64,000 nt of DNA from Octopus vulgaris. Its lineage: Eukaryota. The notes beneath the pieces are model-generated. The model was not told the DNA's origin and ran no database searches. It saw only the letters and a list, made by a program, of their open reading frames with translations. Within the stretch, counting starts at the first letter, position 1, and each line of letters begins with the position of its first letter. The stretch lies in assembly GCA_951406725.2 (NCBI GenBank), contig OX597819.1, forward strand, positions 103,168,001 to 103,232,000, written 5' to 3'. Positions 38,137 through 54,130 of this stretch are shown here, in pieces. Made by a program: the position numbers and the translations under genes.

Positions 38137-38404
38137 TGTATGTAAGTAGGTAAGTGTGAATGTATACATGTATGCATGTTACAGTCATGGAATGCACACA
38201 AGCAGGGGCAGAGCTTTGGGATGTTTTAGGGAAACGAATTGATCGTTGTAGAAAGATAGACAGACAGGCAGACACATAGCCACGCAGATAGATAGATACA
38301 TACATACATATATACATACATACATACATACATAAATACATACGTACATACATACATACATACATACATACATACATACATACATACATACATACATGTG
38401 TATG

Positions 38405-38620
38405 GGGGCAGGTGTTTTTGGTGGGGTGTGCCTGTTTGTCACGCACTAACCGCTTGACGACCAGTCTCGGTGCGTTTATGACCTCGTAACTTAGCTGTTC
38501 GGCAAAAGAGACCAATAGAATAAGTAGCAGGTTGTAAAAATTTAAGTACCGAGGCTGATTAGTTCGACTAAAATTATTCAAGTGCCCCAGCATGGCCGCT
38601 GTCTATTGACTGAGAAAATA
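38405..38620 (+). mobile_element. SINE family B 3' half
   Basis: cgtaacttagctgttcggcaaaagagaccaatagaataagta ... gtgccccagcatggccgc. Confidence 0.8.
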
Positions 38621-38665
38621 GGTATATGATGAAAGATAGATATAAACGCATGGGAGAGCGTGATT

Positions 38666-38710
<45 letters not shown>

Positions 38711-39056
38711 CACACACATACACAAACACAAAAACACACACATACACACATACACACACACACATACACAAATAAACAAACACGCCCAAACAGTAAACTG
38801 ACGGACGGACATGCACATACACACACACACAGAAGAAAGCAATAAGACAGTGCGTGGTTTAAAACACACACACACATAGACAGATAACCAAATTTATAAA
38901 CACAACCACGGATATACTTACGCATCCAGTGCACACAACACTTTTATATAAGTTACTTGGGCTTTCCATGATTCCTGATGCGTTCAGAGATAAACACACA
39001 CGCAATAGTTCCAGTGCACATACAGGATTTTATCACAGGCTCAGTTTCCTCATCCC

Positions 39057-39130
<74 letters not shown>

Positions 39131-39244
39131 CTATATACCTATCTATCTATTTCTATCTCTATCTCTCTATCCTCTCTCCCTCTTTCCCTCCCCTCTCTCT
39201 CTCAACTTGTATGTGTGTGCATACATACAAAAATATATACATAC

Positions 39245-39292
<48 letters not shown>

Positions 39293-39359
39293 CTGTATAT
39301 CTCTCTCACTTTATATGTATTAGATTATATATATATGTATATATATGCTTTTTTTTTTT

Positions 39360-39564
39360 TTTTCTTTTAGTTGTTTCAGTCATTTGACTGAGGTCATGCT
39401 GGAGTACTGCCTTCAGTCGAACAAATCGACTCCAGGACTTATTCTTTGTAAGTCTAATACTTATTCTATAGGATTCTTATGACGAACCGCTATGTTACGG
39501 GGAGATGAACACACTAACATCGGTCGTCAAATGATGGTGTGGGAACAAACACACACACACAAAC

Positions 39565-39596
<32 letters not shown>

Positions 39597-39630
39597 ATAC
39601 ACATATACATATACATATGCATGTACATAT

Positions 39631-39699
<69 letters not shown>

Positions 39700-39702
39700 T
39701 AC

Positions 39703-39763
<61 letters not shown>

Positions 39764-39907
39764 TATACGACGGTCTTCTTTCAGTTTCTGTTAACCAAAT
39801 CAAACCACAAAGATTTGGTAGATGACACTTGCCCAATTTGTCACGCAGTGGAACTGAACCCGGAACCATGTAGTTGTTACGACACCTACTTACCACAGCC
39901 ACTCCTG

Positions 39908-39909
<2 letters not shown>
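39360..39909 (-). mobile_element. SINE family B with expanded internal (TA)n
   Basis: Tail and head are separated by about 220 bp of microsatellite. Confidence 0.9.
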
Positions 39910-39954
<45 letters not shown>

Positions 39955-40171
39955 ACGATTATATACACTTATATGTATATAATTAAATACTGTTATATAT
40001 ATGTATGTATATATATATATGTATATGCATATATATATATGTATATATGCGTGTAAGTTCATGTTTGCATATTCATATCTATATGTATGTGCGTGTGAAT
40101 CTGTGTATATGTACACATGCATAGATTTACGCATATAGGTATAAATATATAGGTAAGTATATACGTGTATA

Positions 40172-40202
<31 letters not shown>

Positions 40203-40414
40203 GCACATATAAATACACACACACACACACACTACAGACACGCGTATGGGTATAGTGTCCAACACAAGTATCATGATTTCTTTTATATCACTCTGCTTAG
40301 CAGTTTGACAAATAGATAACGAAAAAATACGTATAACACTGCATTAGGTAAATGTGACACGATGAGGCCGCAATCCAGGATGGGATATATATATATATAT
40401 ATATAGATATAGAT

Positions 40415-40467
<53 letters not shown>

Positions 40468-40476
40468 CTGATTTAT

Positions 40477-40542
<66 letters not shown>

Positions 40543-41348
40543 GTGTGTGTGTGTGAGGATGAGATACTTAACAGAATATATATATATAATGACTATAGAA
40601 AAGGTTGAAAGATGCAACGAAAATTCTAGAAAAATAAAAAAAGAAATCAGTGGAAATTTTACCGATGCGTGTGTTAAATTATAAAGCACCAAAAGAGCAT
40701 GACTCTACCCAGACGCAACAGAATATAGTATACATATGCATATATTTTCTAACTATCAGTATTAGCATGGGTTACCCTTACAATGAAATGAAAATGTTAT
40801 ATTAAGAAGTATATGAAGTATATATATATATATATATATGTGAGTGTGTGTATGTATGTATGTATGTAATAAATTAATATTTTGTGAATATATATATGTA
40901 TATTACGAACAGACCTTTTATTGTAAATGTATGCATGTGTACATGTAGTTGTATGTTTGTGCGTGGATGCACGTGTATGTGCCCGTGTGTGTGCTAGTGT
41001 GTGCGCGAGAGAGAGTGCGCGTGTGTGTGTGCATGTGTATATGTGTTGTGATTTGCGGCTCAACCGCACATTTTGCTAAACTATCCAGGCTCAACTCCTG
41101 AGGTCGATATGACCAACTGATTCTCTGACAGGGAAGCGTCCCAGCATGGCCATAAGAAGATGCGTGTATATGCGCATATACGCATGTATATAACAATAAA
41201 CTTAAGTAAAAATACTCACAAGATATACCTGCATATATATATTAAACATACGCACACACACATATTTAAATAGACACATATATACATATAAATACACACA
41301 AATATACATGCATGTATCATAAACATATATATGTGTGTGTGTGTGTAT

Positions 41349-41397
<49 letters not shown>

Positions 41398-41989
41398 TGT
41401 GTATGTGTGTGTTGTGAAGGCATCAGGCCTCTCGTCTAGGTATTTGAATCACGATCACAAGATCGCGGTTTCGAATCTCAAAACGAACAGTGCTTTCAGT
41501 TCTGGGGCAACACATCGTTTTAAGATGCTCCGTTTTACCTAGCATTAAACGAGTAAACATACGATAAACTTGCTTCCAGTTCCCGGGAAACGTTGTGAAC
41601 TTGATCACTTACACGTCATAGAACCAGGGTAACGGGGCCCATGAGTTTTAGGTTTCGAGACATCGACAAAATAAAATAGAAATACAATGGATCAAAAGTC
41701 CTTCCCGGGGCCACTGGTTGGATTCTGGGGATTATACATTCACCCGCTAAAAGGGAGGCCAGTTCGTTGTAATACTAGTAATTATTATCAGCTGTGTATA
41801 CTGGGGAAACGTGAAGTGAAAGGCTTTGACTAAAGTACATACGCAACGCCTGCTCTGGGAAACGAAACCACCATCTTACGATCACGATTGTAAATCCCTA
41901 TCCATTTAGCGAAATGCCTCTACACACACAAGTTTTTGCATACACACACACACACAGTATGTATATATATATGTGTGTGTACGTGTGTG

Positions 41990-42176
<187 letters not shown>

Positions 42177-42335
42177 ATGTATATATATAAATATAAATAT
42201 ACATATATATATATATATACATAAATGCATGTGTGTGTATATATATACCCACACACATACATATATACATACAAAGAGACAGACATATAGACGTATATAT
42301 GTGTGTGCGTGCATGTAATAATGTATGATTGTACG

Positions 42336-42372
<37 letters not shown>

Positions 42373-43313
42373 GTCTAATACATGGTGGATGAGAGATGGA
42401 TGTAAACTGTTAAACGTATTTATTAAAATACTCAGTGATTATAAGATATTTTCATATATTCCTTTTTATATGTATTTACTTTTAAATGTTGTGCTTAGAC
42501 AAACACGTACGTACGTACGTACGTACGCACATACATACATATATACATACATGCATACATACATACATACATACATAAATACATACACACATACATACAT
42601 ACATACATACTTATATACATGCATACAGACATACATACATAAATACATACATACGTAAATTCATACATACATAAATACATAGACATATACATCCATACAT
42701 ACATACATACCTACACACACATACACACACACGTACATATATATATACATTTGGGCCTGTGCACAGTGACAGCTAAACAGGCGCACTGACACATTGACAC
42801 ACACACACACACAAACACACATGAAAGTATGTATAGTTACATGCATACTACCACACATAATTCTCATACTTGTCTACTTAGCCTAAACATATCGTAATCC
42901 ACATACTATTACACGCACACACGCATGCATGCATGCACGCCCTATCCACACACGCACACACGGGGGGGGGATATATGTAGGGATATATAAACATGTCTGT
43001 ACGTTCATGCGTGTATTTATATACACATGTGTATACAGAATAACATTGACATACCCTGATATCGATTATACTTTACATGTAAACATACAAGTGTGTGCGT
43101 GTACACGTACACGTGTGTATGTATTTTTGTGTTTGTGGGTGTGAGTAAATATCATGTTATATGATTTGAATTTATATATGTATAAATGTGCATGCATGCA
43201 AGTATGTATGTATGTATGTATGTATGTATGTATGTATGTATGTATGTATGTATGTATGTATGTATGTATGCATGTATGTATGTATGTACATGCACATACC
43301 TATATACATGTAC

Positions 43314-43348
<35 letters not shown>

Positions 43349-43721
43349 ACAACAATGCTGGTGTATATTTTCTTTTCCTATCGACACTTTAGCTGAAACA
43401 CTTAATTTACGGTGTCGAAAACAAACTAACACCGGTTGTCTAGTATTGGGGCGGAAATGCACATATGCAAAGAGATACAAAGAGATACATATGTACAATT
43501 ATGTAAAACGGACTACCCCACGAACTCCCACTACCATATTACCTCATGAGCCAGTGACGAATTGAACTATGAACTAAAGGGTTGTAAACCAAGCTTAGTC
43601 GCACCTGCACTTATGTGTATAAATTCACACACACATATATATATAAATACACACACACAGACTAATGCATATATGTGTATATATATAAATATAAATATAT
43701 GTATATTTACATATATATATG

Positions 43722-43784
<63 letters not shown>

Positions 43785-43849
43785 GATTGATTGATTGATT
43801 GATTCTAGTTTCAGCTCATGAGCTGTGGCCATGCTGGGGCACCGCCATT

Positions 43850-43919
<70 letters not shown>

Positions 43920-43941
43920 ATATATATAGATATGTATATGC

Positions 43942-44107
43942 GTAAATGTCGAACGATGAAATGAGTGCCCAACGCCGTGGATTATGATTTCTTCATTTGT
44001 GAATTCGGGCTACCATTGGTTTCATGTTAAGAAAACTAGGAATATATCCTAGTTTCTTAGACGCAAACATATTTTCCTACCTTTCCTAACATGAAACCAA
44101 TGGCAGC
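43942..44107 (+). repeat. Repeat fragment ending in a nested fold-back
   Basis: 5' part homologous to 31273-31360. 44009-44107 has 33-bp imperfect outer arms and an inner hairpin. Confidence 0.75.
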
Positions 44108-44114
44108 TTTAATT

Positions 44115-44149
<35 letters not shown>

Positions 44150-44160
44150 ATGTGTGTAAG

Positions 44161-44199
<39 letters not shown>

Positions 44200-44326
44200 T
44201 TTGTGCATATACCTATATATATTGTTTTATATTGTATAGACATATAGAGAACGAGATAGGAAGAGGTTAACACAGTACAAAAATCATGCTTACACATTCC
44301 TCCATACATAGACAGGCATATATATG

Positions 44327-44366
<40 letters not shown>

Positions 44367-44450
44367 CACACACATAGAGATACACACATACAAATACATG
44401 TGTATGTATGGACATATATATGTGTATATATGTATATATGTGTATATATA

Positions 44451-44513
<63 letters not shown>

Positions 44514-44720
44514 AGTTAGATAGATAGATACTTATACGCACACACACAACTACAAATAATTATTTACAAACATGCATGTACTGAAACTGATAATTAAATG
44601 CATCTACAATACATAGATTTATAAACAAATACACACACATACACACGCGCACACACGTATATATATTATCACTTTGAACGCATTATATTCATATACATAC
44701 AAACACACACACACACACAC

Positions 44721-44751
<31 letters not shown>

Positions 44752-44805
44752 TTGTGTGTGTATATATATATGTATATATACATATATATATATATACATA
44801 TGTAT

Positions 44806-44862
<57 letters not shown>

Positions 44863-44950
44863 CGTATATATACACGCGTATATAAGTATATAAGTGCGTA
44901 TATTCTACAATTAAATTTGTATTAAATACACACTTGATATATATTATGAG

Positions 44951-44983
<33 letters not shown>

Positions 44984-45426
44984 GAATTCATATATATGCG
45001 TGTGCTTGCGCGTGAGTGCGTGTGTGTTTGATTATCATTATATGTTTCACACACACTTGATTACAGATATATACACGCAAGCGCAAACATATGCACACAT
45101 ATACATACAGCCATACATTCATCGGTGTCTATATAAAAACATATAGATGGTTATACACTATCATAAAAACACACATATACAGAATCTCACACACACATAC
45201 ATATGTAGAAAAGCAGTGTGTGCGCGTGTATGTATATGTACACTTGTCTATATATGTGAATGTATATGTATGTATCCATGTACCTGTGTTTGTGTAAAGT
45301 TATATATATATATATGAATGAATGTATATATGGATGTATGCATACTAACATATATATATGTAGTCTAGTATACATATATATATAGAGAGAGACTACATAC
45401 ATACAAACATTCATATATATGTAGAT

Positions 45427-45474
<48 letters not shown>

Positions 45475-45597
45475 GCACGCATACATAGATACGTACAGAC
45501 AGACAGACAGAAACACATGCGTACCTACCTACCTACATACATACATGCATACTTACATACGTGCATACATACATACATGCACACATTCATACATACA

Positions 45598-45631
<34 letters not shown>

Positions 45632-46185
45632 CATACATACATACATACATACATACATACATACATACATACTGGCAGATACACACACATATATATGAGC
45701 CTAATTACTTTAAAACGTACATTAAGTATATGCATAAAAAAACTGTATACATGTAAATTTACTTACATACATACTACAGATGCAGACTGCACGTGTGTAA
45801 CACACACACTCACATACATACTCTTTCTCACACTCACACATTCAAGTCAAATAATCAGCCTGTACGTGCATCTTGAGCTGCTAAAAATAGCAGTCAAATC
45901 ACTGCTAAATCACTGGGAAGCGTTTTACATAAGAAAGGAACATTGAGTAATGTTGTTACAGAATTAACGAAAACAAGTGAGAGTAAAATCAGACGATCAC
46001 TCCTCGAATGCAATTTTTGTTTTTATTTAGGTCGATAAGAGCGGCTCCGACCATGGGTTAAACAACAACGAAAGCACAAATATGCGTATTGACACTTAAA
46101 TAAACGATTTTACACACACACCCAGAGTCAATGTTACATATGTACATGTACGCATGCACATAAACACATGCACGTATAGACACAT

Positions 46186-46233
<48 letters not shown>

Positions 46234-46712
46234 ACACATAGACATTCGCGGATAAGGACATGGGGACACATGCACGCTAAAACACCGAACGAGAGATACA
46301 GATAGTAACATATTCACAAAGATGCGAACTTACAGTTAACCGCATGAGCACTCAAAAATTTACACATGCGCTTGCGCGCACACACACACACGCACACACA
46401 CACACACACAATGAAAGTCATACACGCACAAGAAAGTATATGCACACACAAAAATACATGTGCACACACTCACATGCAGATAAACCCGTGTAAACAAAAA
46501 CACTTATTAACACACGGTCGACAAACACACGCTAATGTACAATCATATACAGACACTAGTACACATTCATTAGTGATATATTTATTTATTTATATATGAG
46601 TGTATTTAAAAAACGGAATTACTGGGGTCTATTCGTTCCACTCCTTAAAGTAGTGCACCAGTATGGCCGGAGTCTACTAACTGACACAAGTAAAATATAC
46701 ATATGTACATTC

Positions 46713-46748
<36 letters not shown>

Positions 46749-46874
46749 ATAAATAGATGTGTGTCCGTTTGTGTGTGTGTGTGCCTACGTTTGTCGATTT
46801 AAAAATGTAATGGGTGTATGTATATTATATATTTGTTTATAATTTACACATATATTTATATATTTATATATAAG

Positions 46875-46927
<53 letters not shown>

Positions 46928-46972
46928 GTGTGTGTATATATATGTGTGTATGTGTGTATGTGTATATATACT

Positions 46973-47003
<31 letters not shown>

Positions 47004-47044
47004 ATGTGTGTGTGTGTGTGTGTATGTGTGTGTGTGTGTTTATA

Positions 47045-47447
47045 GGTGCAGGAGTGGCTGTGTGGTAAGACGCTTGCTTCCCAACGACATGGTTCCGGGT
47101 TCAGTCCCACTACGTGGCACCTTGAGCAAGTGTCTTCTACAATAGCTTCGGGTCAACTAAAGCCTTCTGAGTGGATTTGGTAGACGGAAACTGAAAGAAG
47201 CCAGTCGTATATATATATATATATGTTTGGGTTTGTTGTTTGTAGCTATTTATCCCTACATCATCGCTTGACAACCGATGTTGGTGTGTTAACGTTCCAG
47301 TCAACTAGCGGTTCGGTAAAAAGGGACTGATAAATTAAGTACTAAGCTTACAAAGAATAAGTCCTGGGATCGATTTATTCGAGTAAAAGGTGCTGCTCCA
47401 GCATGTCCGCAGTTAAATGACTGAAACAAGTAAAAGAGTAAAAGAGG
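47045..47447 (+). mobile_element. SINE family B, full length
   Basis: ggtgcaggagtggctgtgtgg ... aaatgactgaaacaagtaaaagagtaaaagag. Confidence 0.95.
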
Positions 47448-47642
47448 ATAGATAGATATATGAATGTGTTTAAAATTATCAATAAGCGCACACACATATA
47501 TATGCACAAGTGTATGTGAGAGTGTGTGTGCGTTTGTGTGTGCGTGTGTGTGTCCGTATAAAAATGTGATAATTGTAGTGTGTGTTTGCCCGTTTAAAAA
47601 TATAATGAGTGTATGTATATACGTATATATATATATATAAAT

Positions 47643-47930
47643 ATAGTGTTTTTACTCTTTATCTTATATTAAACTTTTAATATTTTTTGATAGTTAAAAA
47701 AAAATAATTAAATAAAATAATTTTAAAAATATATATATATATATTTATAATTTATAAGTTTAAATTATTAATTTAAATAATTTTTTTGAATTTTAACTTT
47801 AATTTAAAAATTTTAATTGGATTTTTATATTTTATATTTTATATTTTTTATATATTTTTTAATTAATTTTATTTCTATGTATTGGCTCACTGTTTGATTT
47901 GCCTAATAGTGGTTTTATCTCTAATTTAAT
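47643..47930 (+). mobile_element. Partial second copy of the AT-rich Penelope-like repeat end
   Basis: tgtttgatttgcctaatagtggttttatctctaatttaat and agtgtttttactcttt match 25130-25271. Confidence 0.8.
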
Positions 47931-48583
47931 ATGATATATATATATATATAATGGCGGTGGCCCAGCATGGCCACAGCTCAATAGCTGAAACAGGAAAACA
48001 TAAAACATAAACATAAAACATATATATATATATCCATGCATGTATGTATGTGTGTGTATATATATACATATGTGTGTGTTCATGAAAGTGTGTATCTATG
48101 TGAGTACGTTCTACGTGTGCGCATTTTTCGCCTGTTAATTTTTATTAGTTTTAGTCTTCAGCATGCAGGCCACGCTGGGGCACTTTCCCAGAGAATTTTT
48201 GGGAACAGATCGACAGTGGAATTGAAAAGGACAGCAATAAACCAACAACGTTTGTTGAATGGAAATTAGGGGTAGACACTCTCTCTAACACACGCACTCA
48301 AACTCACCCATAAACAAATATACTCAACAGTTCCACATATCTGTGTGTTCGAAATTCACTTACATTGCGTTGGCGACCCTGGACTGAAAAAAGACACTTA
48401 CGCAAGTTGCATGGTGAGATTGAACTCGAAACTACGTGGATGCGAATATAGTTTCTTCATCATTGTCATGCCTGCACCTGTATGTATGTATGTATATATT
48501 CATGTATGTATATATGTATGCATGCACGATTTTATATTATGTATACACACACACACATATACATATATCGTTATATATGCATA

Positions 48584-48648
<65 letters not shown>

Positions 48649-48681
48649 TATCTTCATATAAATCTAAACTTATACATACGA

Positions 48682-48761
<80 letters not shown>

Positions 48762-49049
48762 ATATATATATATATATATACACATATATACATACATATA
48801 TATATGCATAAATGTGTAATATTTATCTATGAGTGTGTATATGTATATGCATCTCTCTGTCTCTCTGTCTCTCTTTCTTTCTACATATATATATGCATGC
48901 ACACATGCACATTATATATACATATATATATATATGCATGTATATATACACACATGCATATTATATCACGTATAAGATGCTACATACATAACAGCATGGT
49001 TACATGTACACACACGCACACACATACACACACACAAACACACACACAT

Positions 49050-49118
<69 letters not shown>

Positions 49119-49191
49119 CATGCATACATACATACACACATACATACTTACATACATACTTACATACATACATACATACATACATGCATAC

Positions 49192-49222
<31 letters not shown>

Positions 49223-49325
49223 CATTCATACATATAACACACATTCGTATAGTTCTTACGAATTACGCACGCAATCACAAAATGCCACACTCACCTACAT
49301 AAGAACAAATGCTTCCCCTCCCTCC

Positions 49326-49359
<34 letters not shown>

Positions 49360-49917
49360 TCTGTCTCTCTCTTCTTCTCTCTCTCCCTCTCTCCCTCTCT
49401 TTCTCTCCCCTCTCTCTCTGTCTCTCACTGTATACCTATCTCTGGCATTCGCGCGTCCTTACGTTCAAAAACACAGACTTAAAATAATGCATATACGAAA
49501 GCAGCAGACACAGATGCTTCGAACATTTCCCTTAGACACAAACACATTCACATGCATGTGCCCGAGAAAAATCATCTCTACGGTAGTTATAACTGCAAAG
49601 TATAATAGCTATAGTTTCACATCCCACACCAAACAGATTTCTTAAATGCAAGTACTGATCGCGCTCCGTAGTTATGCATGATCTAAACTATATATATATA
49701 TATATATAAATACGCACATATACACACACACATACGTGCATATATATAGATATATGTATAATTATATGCGTCTGTATGTATATACGTGTGTGTTAACAAG
49801 TTCACTTTTCAACCACCTTGGTTCCGGAATTGAGTCCCACTGTTTGGCCCATTCTGCAACCTCTGGTTAACGAAAGCGTTGTAAACGGGTATGGACGATG
49901 TAAATCGAAAGATACCC

Positions 49918-49974
<57 letters not shown>

Positions 49975-50018
49975 GTATATGTATATGTATATATACATAC
50001 ATATATATATACATATAC

Positions 50019-50105
<87 letters not shown>

Positions 50106-50125
50106 CATATATATATACATATACA

Positions 50126-50166
<41 letters not shown>

Positions 50167-50204
50167 GTATATGTATATATACATACATATATATATACAT
50201 ATAC

Positions 50205-50237
<33 letters not shown>

Positions 50238-50330
50238 CATATATATATATATATATACATACATATATATATACATATACATACATACATATATATATAC
50301 ATATACATAAATACATATATATATATACAT

Positions 50331-50402
<72 letters not shown>

Positions 50403-50454
50403 TCGCGTTTGTGTATGTGTGTATGTGGATGGATGAATTGATGGATGGATGTGT

Positions 50455-50742
50455 AGCCTAGTGTTTAGAGCAGGAGACCCACAGTCGTGGGATCGCGGGT
50501 TCAAATCTCAGACTGGGTGATGTGTGTGTTTCTGAGCGAAACACCTAAGCTCCACGCGGCTCCAGCCGAAGTTAATGGCGAACTTCTGCTGACTCTTTCG
50601 CCGCAACTTTCTCTTGTTCTTTCCTCCGGCATGTAGCAGCTCACCTGCGACGGACCGACGTCCCGTCAAGTTAGGGAACCTATATGCCAATGAAACTGCG
50701 AAACCGGTCCTTATGAGCCAGAGGTGGCTCATGAAGGAACCA
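50455..50742 (+). mobile_element. tRNA-derived SINE (family C-related head)
   Basis: tagcctagtg (A box), gggttcaaatctc (B box), tgtgtttctgagcgaaacacc central segment. Confidence 0.75.
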
Positions 50743-50799
50743 ATAACAACACCATGTATGTATATTATGTTTAAATATATACATATAACTACATTTATT

Positions 50800-51056
50800 T
50801 TTTTGTCACTTTCAGTCATTCGCTGGGGCAACGCCTTGACTAATTTTTAGTCCAATGAATCGACCCAAGACCTTTGTTGTTGTTTTTAAGCCTCGGAACC
50901 AATTCAGTCGGTCAATTCTAGCGAACTACTAAGAAACGCAGTAATGCCGCTTGTAAATTGGTGGTGGGTGACAGACCCAAGCTCAAAGACGTACACACCT
51001 TTCTGTGCACACACAGATAATACACTCACAAGCACATATATGTGTATATATATATG

Positions 51057-51129
<73 letters not shown>

Positions 51130-51302
51130 ATATATTTTTTTATGACGGGCTTGTTTCTCTTTCTGTTACCAAATCGACTCATAAAGTTTTGGGCGGATAG
51201 GCTGTTGAGCAAGACAGAATTCCAGAGTGCCATAGAGGGGGACTGAACTCGGAATGATGTGATTGGGAGGTAAGCTCTTTATCACGCACACATGCCTGCA
51301 CC

Positions 51303-51303
<1 letters not shown>
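50800..51303 (-). mobile_element. Old, interrupted SINE family B
   Basis: tttcagtcatt..., gggactgaactcggaa..., catgcctgcacc. Confidence 0.65.
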
Positions 51304-51381
<78 letters not shown>

Positions 51382-51850
51382 AGAAGATAGATATCATATG
51401 AGTATGTGTGTGTAAGTATTAATATGTGTATATGTGTATTTATTTATGTATATGTTTGTGTGTGCATGGTGTGTGTGCATGGTGTGTGTGTGTGCATGGT
51501 GTGAGTGTGTGCATGGTGTGTGTGTGTGTGCACATATGTGTGTAAACCATATTCATGGAACGTATACATTTCTAGTCACACACTATAATATTCTCTGACA
51601 CATGCATACGCGCGCAATATTCACACACTGAACCTTGTCTCCGAACACACAGTTGTGTTCACTTCCCCACAAACGCAGGTATGACATTGCATGCACACTT
51701 ATATACATATATTCATGCATACAAATAGATGCATACGTAAATCCAAACACAGTCACACGTAGATTGAAATATAAATGTATAAATATATACACACACTCAC
51801 ATATATACATATACACACACATATATATATATACATATACATATATATGC

Positions 51851-51884
<34 letters not shown>

Positions 51885-51948
51885 ATATACATATATTTCC
51901 GGGTATGTGTGTATATAAATATATGTATATATACATATACGTATTATA

Positions 51949-51999
<51 letters not shown>

Positions 52000-52079
52000 C
52001 GTATATGTATATATATTGAGAAAGAGAGAGAGTGAGTGAAAGAGTGTAAAAAACATAGGTAGGTAGATATATATATATG

Positions 52080-52117
<38 letters not shown>

Positions 52118-52181
52118 ATATATATCTACCTACCTATGTTTCCCACACTCTCTCACATAGTCACTCACTCTCTGTATATAT

Positions 52182-52238
<57 letters not shown>

Positions 52239-52633
52239 ATGTATATGTATATATGAAATCAAATGTATATATATATATTTTATATGTATATATATAAAAA
52301 ATATATATAAGTACGTATTTTGGGATGTGTATGTGTGTATCTGTGTATCTGTATGTGTGCGAGTGGGTATATACATTTGAATTGTGGTTTAAAATGAAAT
52401 ATCTAATTAACACTGATTTTTATTTTTATTTATTTATTTTTTTATTTTTTTCATTAGGCTACGACGCACCACGATTGTTTAGAAGTAATCTCTAATTTTT
52501 CCTCCCCATCCTCAAATTCGAAAATTATTAAGGAAAGAGCCACCTCCAGGATAGCAAAATCTTCAGGTCTCTGTTCGGCGCATTTCAAGCTTCAGAGCTC
52601 AAAAAAATTTAGGAACGTCGCAGCATGTGTGGT

Positions 52634-52686
<53 letters not shown>

Positions 52687-53307
52687 TGTGTGTGGGTGTG
52701 TGGGCGTAAATCTAGTAATTCATGTGCATGTGAACTGCGTTTCTATAAGTATTTATTTTAAATTCATTCGTGCATATGTGTGTATGTGTGTGTGTTTATG
52801 TGTGCCTGTGTGCGTATGTGTGTTTGCGTGTTCTTGTGTGTGTGTATGTGAGTGTGTGTGTGTTTGTGTGTGAGTATATAATGTATATATATATAGAGAG
52901 ATTAATATATAGATATAGAAAGATAGATACATAGATATATACATACAAACACACACATACTTTCAAACATACATACACATATACATACACACATACATGC
53001 ATACAGCCATACATGCATACAAACATACATATGTGCATAAGTACATTCATACATGCATCCACACATACATCCATACATACATACATAAATACATACATAA
53101 ATACATACATACATAAATACACACATACATGCATACATACATAGATGGAGAGTTACTTGGATATATAGATAGGTAGCTTGATGGCTATACCGATAGCTGG
53201 AGAGAGGTGGTCAAGGGAGATAGATAGGTAGATAGTTAGACAGAGAGAAAGAAAGAAAGATTGAGAGAGAGGCGCTGATAGACAGATGGATAGATAGATA
53301 GACAGGC

Positions 53308-53378
<71 letters not shown>

Positions 53379-53490
53379 CAGACAGACACACATGCACACA
53401 TGTACTGGAATATAATCCACTAAGTGAAATTCAAAATGTTCTCATGCACTTTCACATACACTTACGCAAATGTATGCATATATATATATA

Positions 53491-53545
<55 letters not shown>

Positions 53546-53598
53546 GTAAATTATGTGAAAACAGGCACTGAATATACGCAAAAACATTAAACGATATG

Positions 53599-53642
<44 letters not shown>

Positions 53643-53745
53643 GTGTGTGTGTGAGTGTGTATGTGTGTGTGTATGAGTATGTGAGTGTAAGTATATTCAC
53701 AGACGTTCATACACAAATACTTACATACACACACACACACATACA

Positions 53746-53777
<32 letters not shown>

Positions 53778-53870
53778 CATACATACATACATACATACAT
53801 ACATACATAGAACGTACTACACTAAAATTAATTTTATTATAGGCACTAACTACCATAAATACACACACAA

Positions 53871-53936
<66 letters not shown>

Positions 53937-54066
53937 CACAATATGCATTTACGTGATTATTCACTCATACCTCATGCATGCAACTTGCATACTCGTGCAC
54001 ACACAAAGCATGCATATACATATAGGCAAGCAACATTATTGCTGTATACATAGATAGACAGCTAGT

Positions 54067-54130
<64 letters not shown>

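Noticed and set aside
52458-52624. Possible MITE with 9-bp inverted ends (gctacgacg / cgtcgcagc)
   Set aside because: The repeat is too short and imperfect, with no TSD and a single copy.
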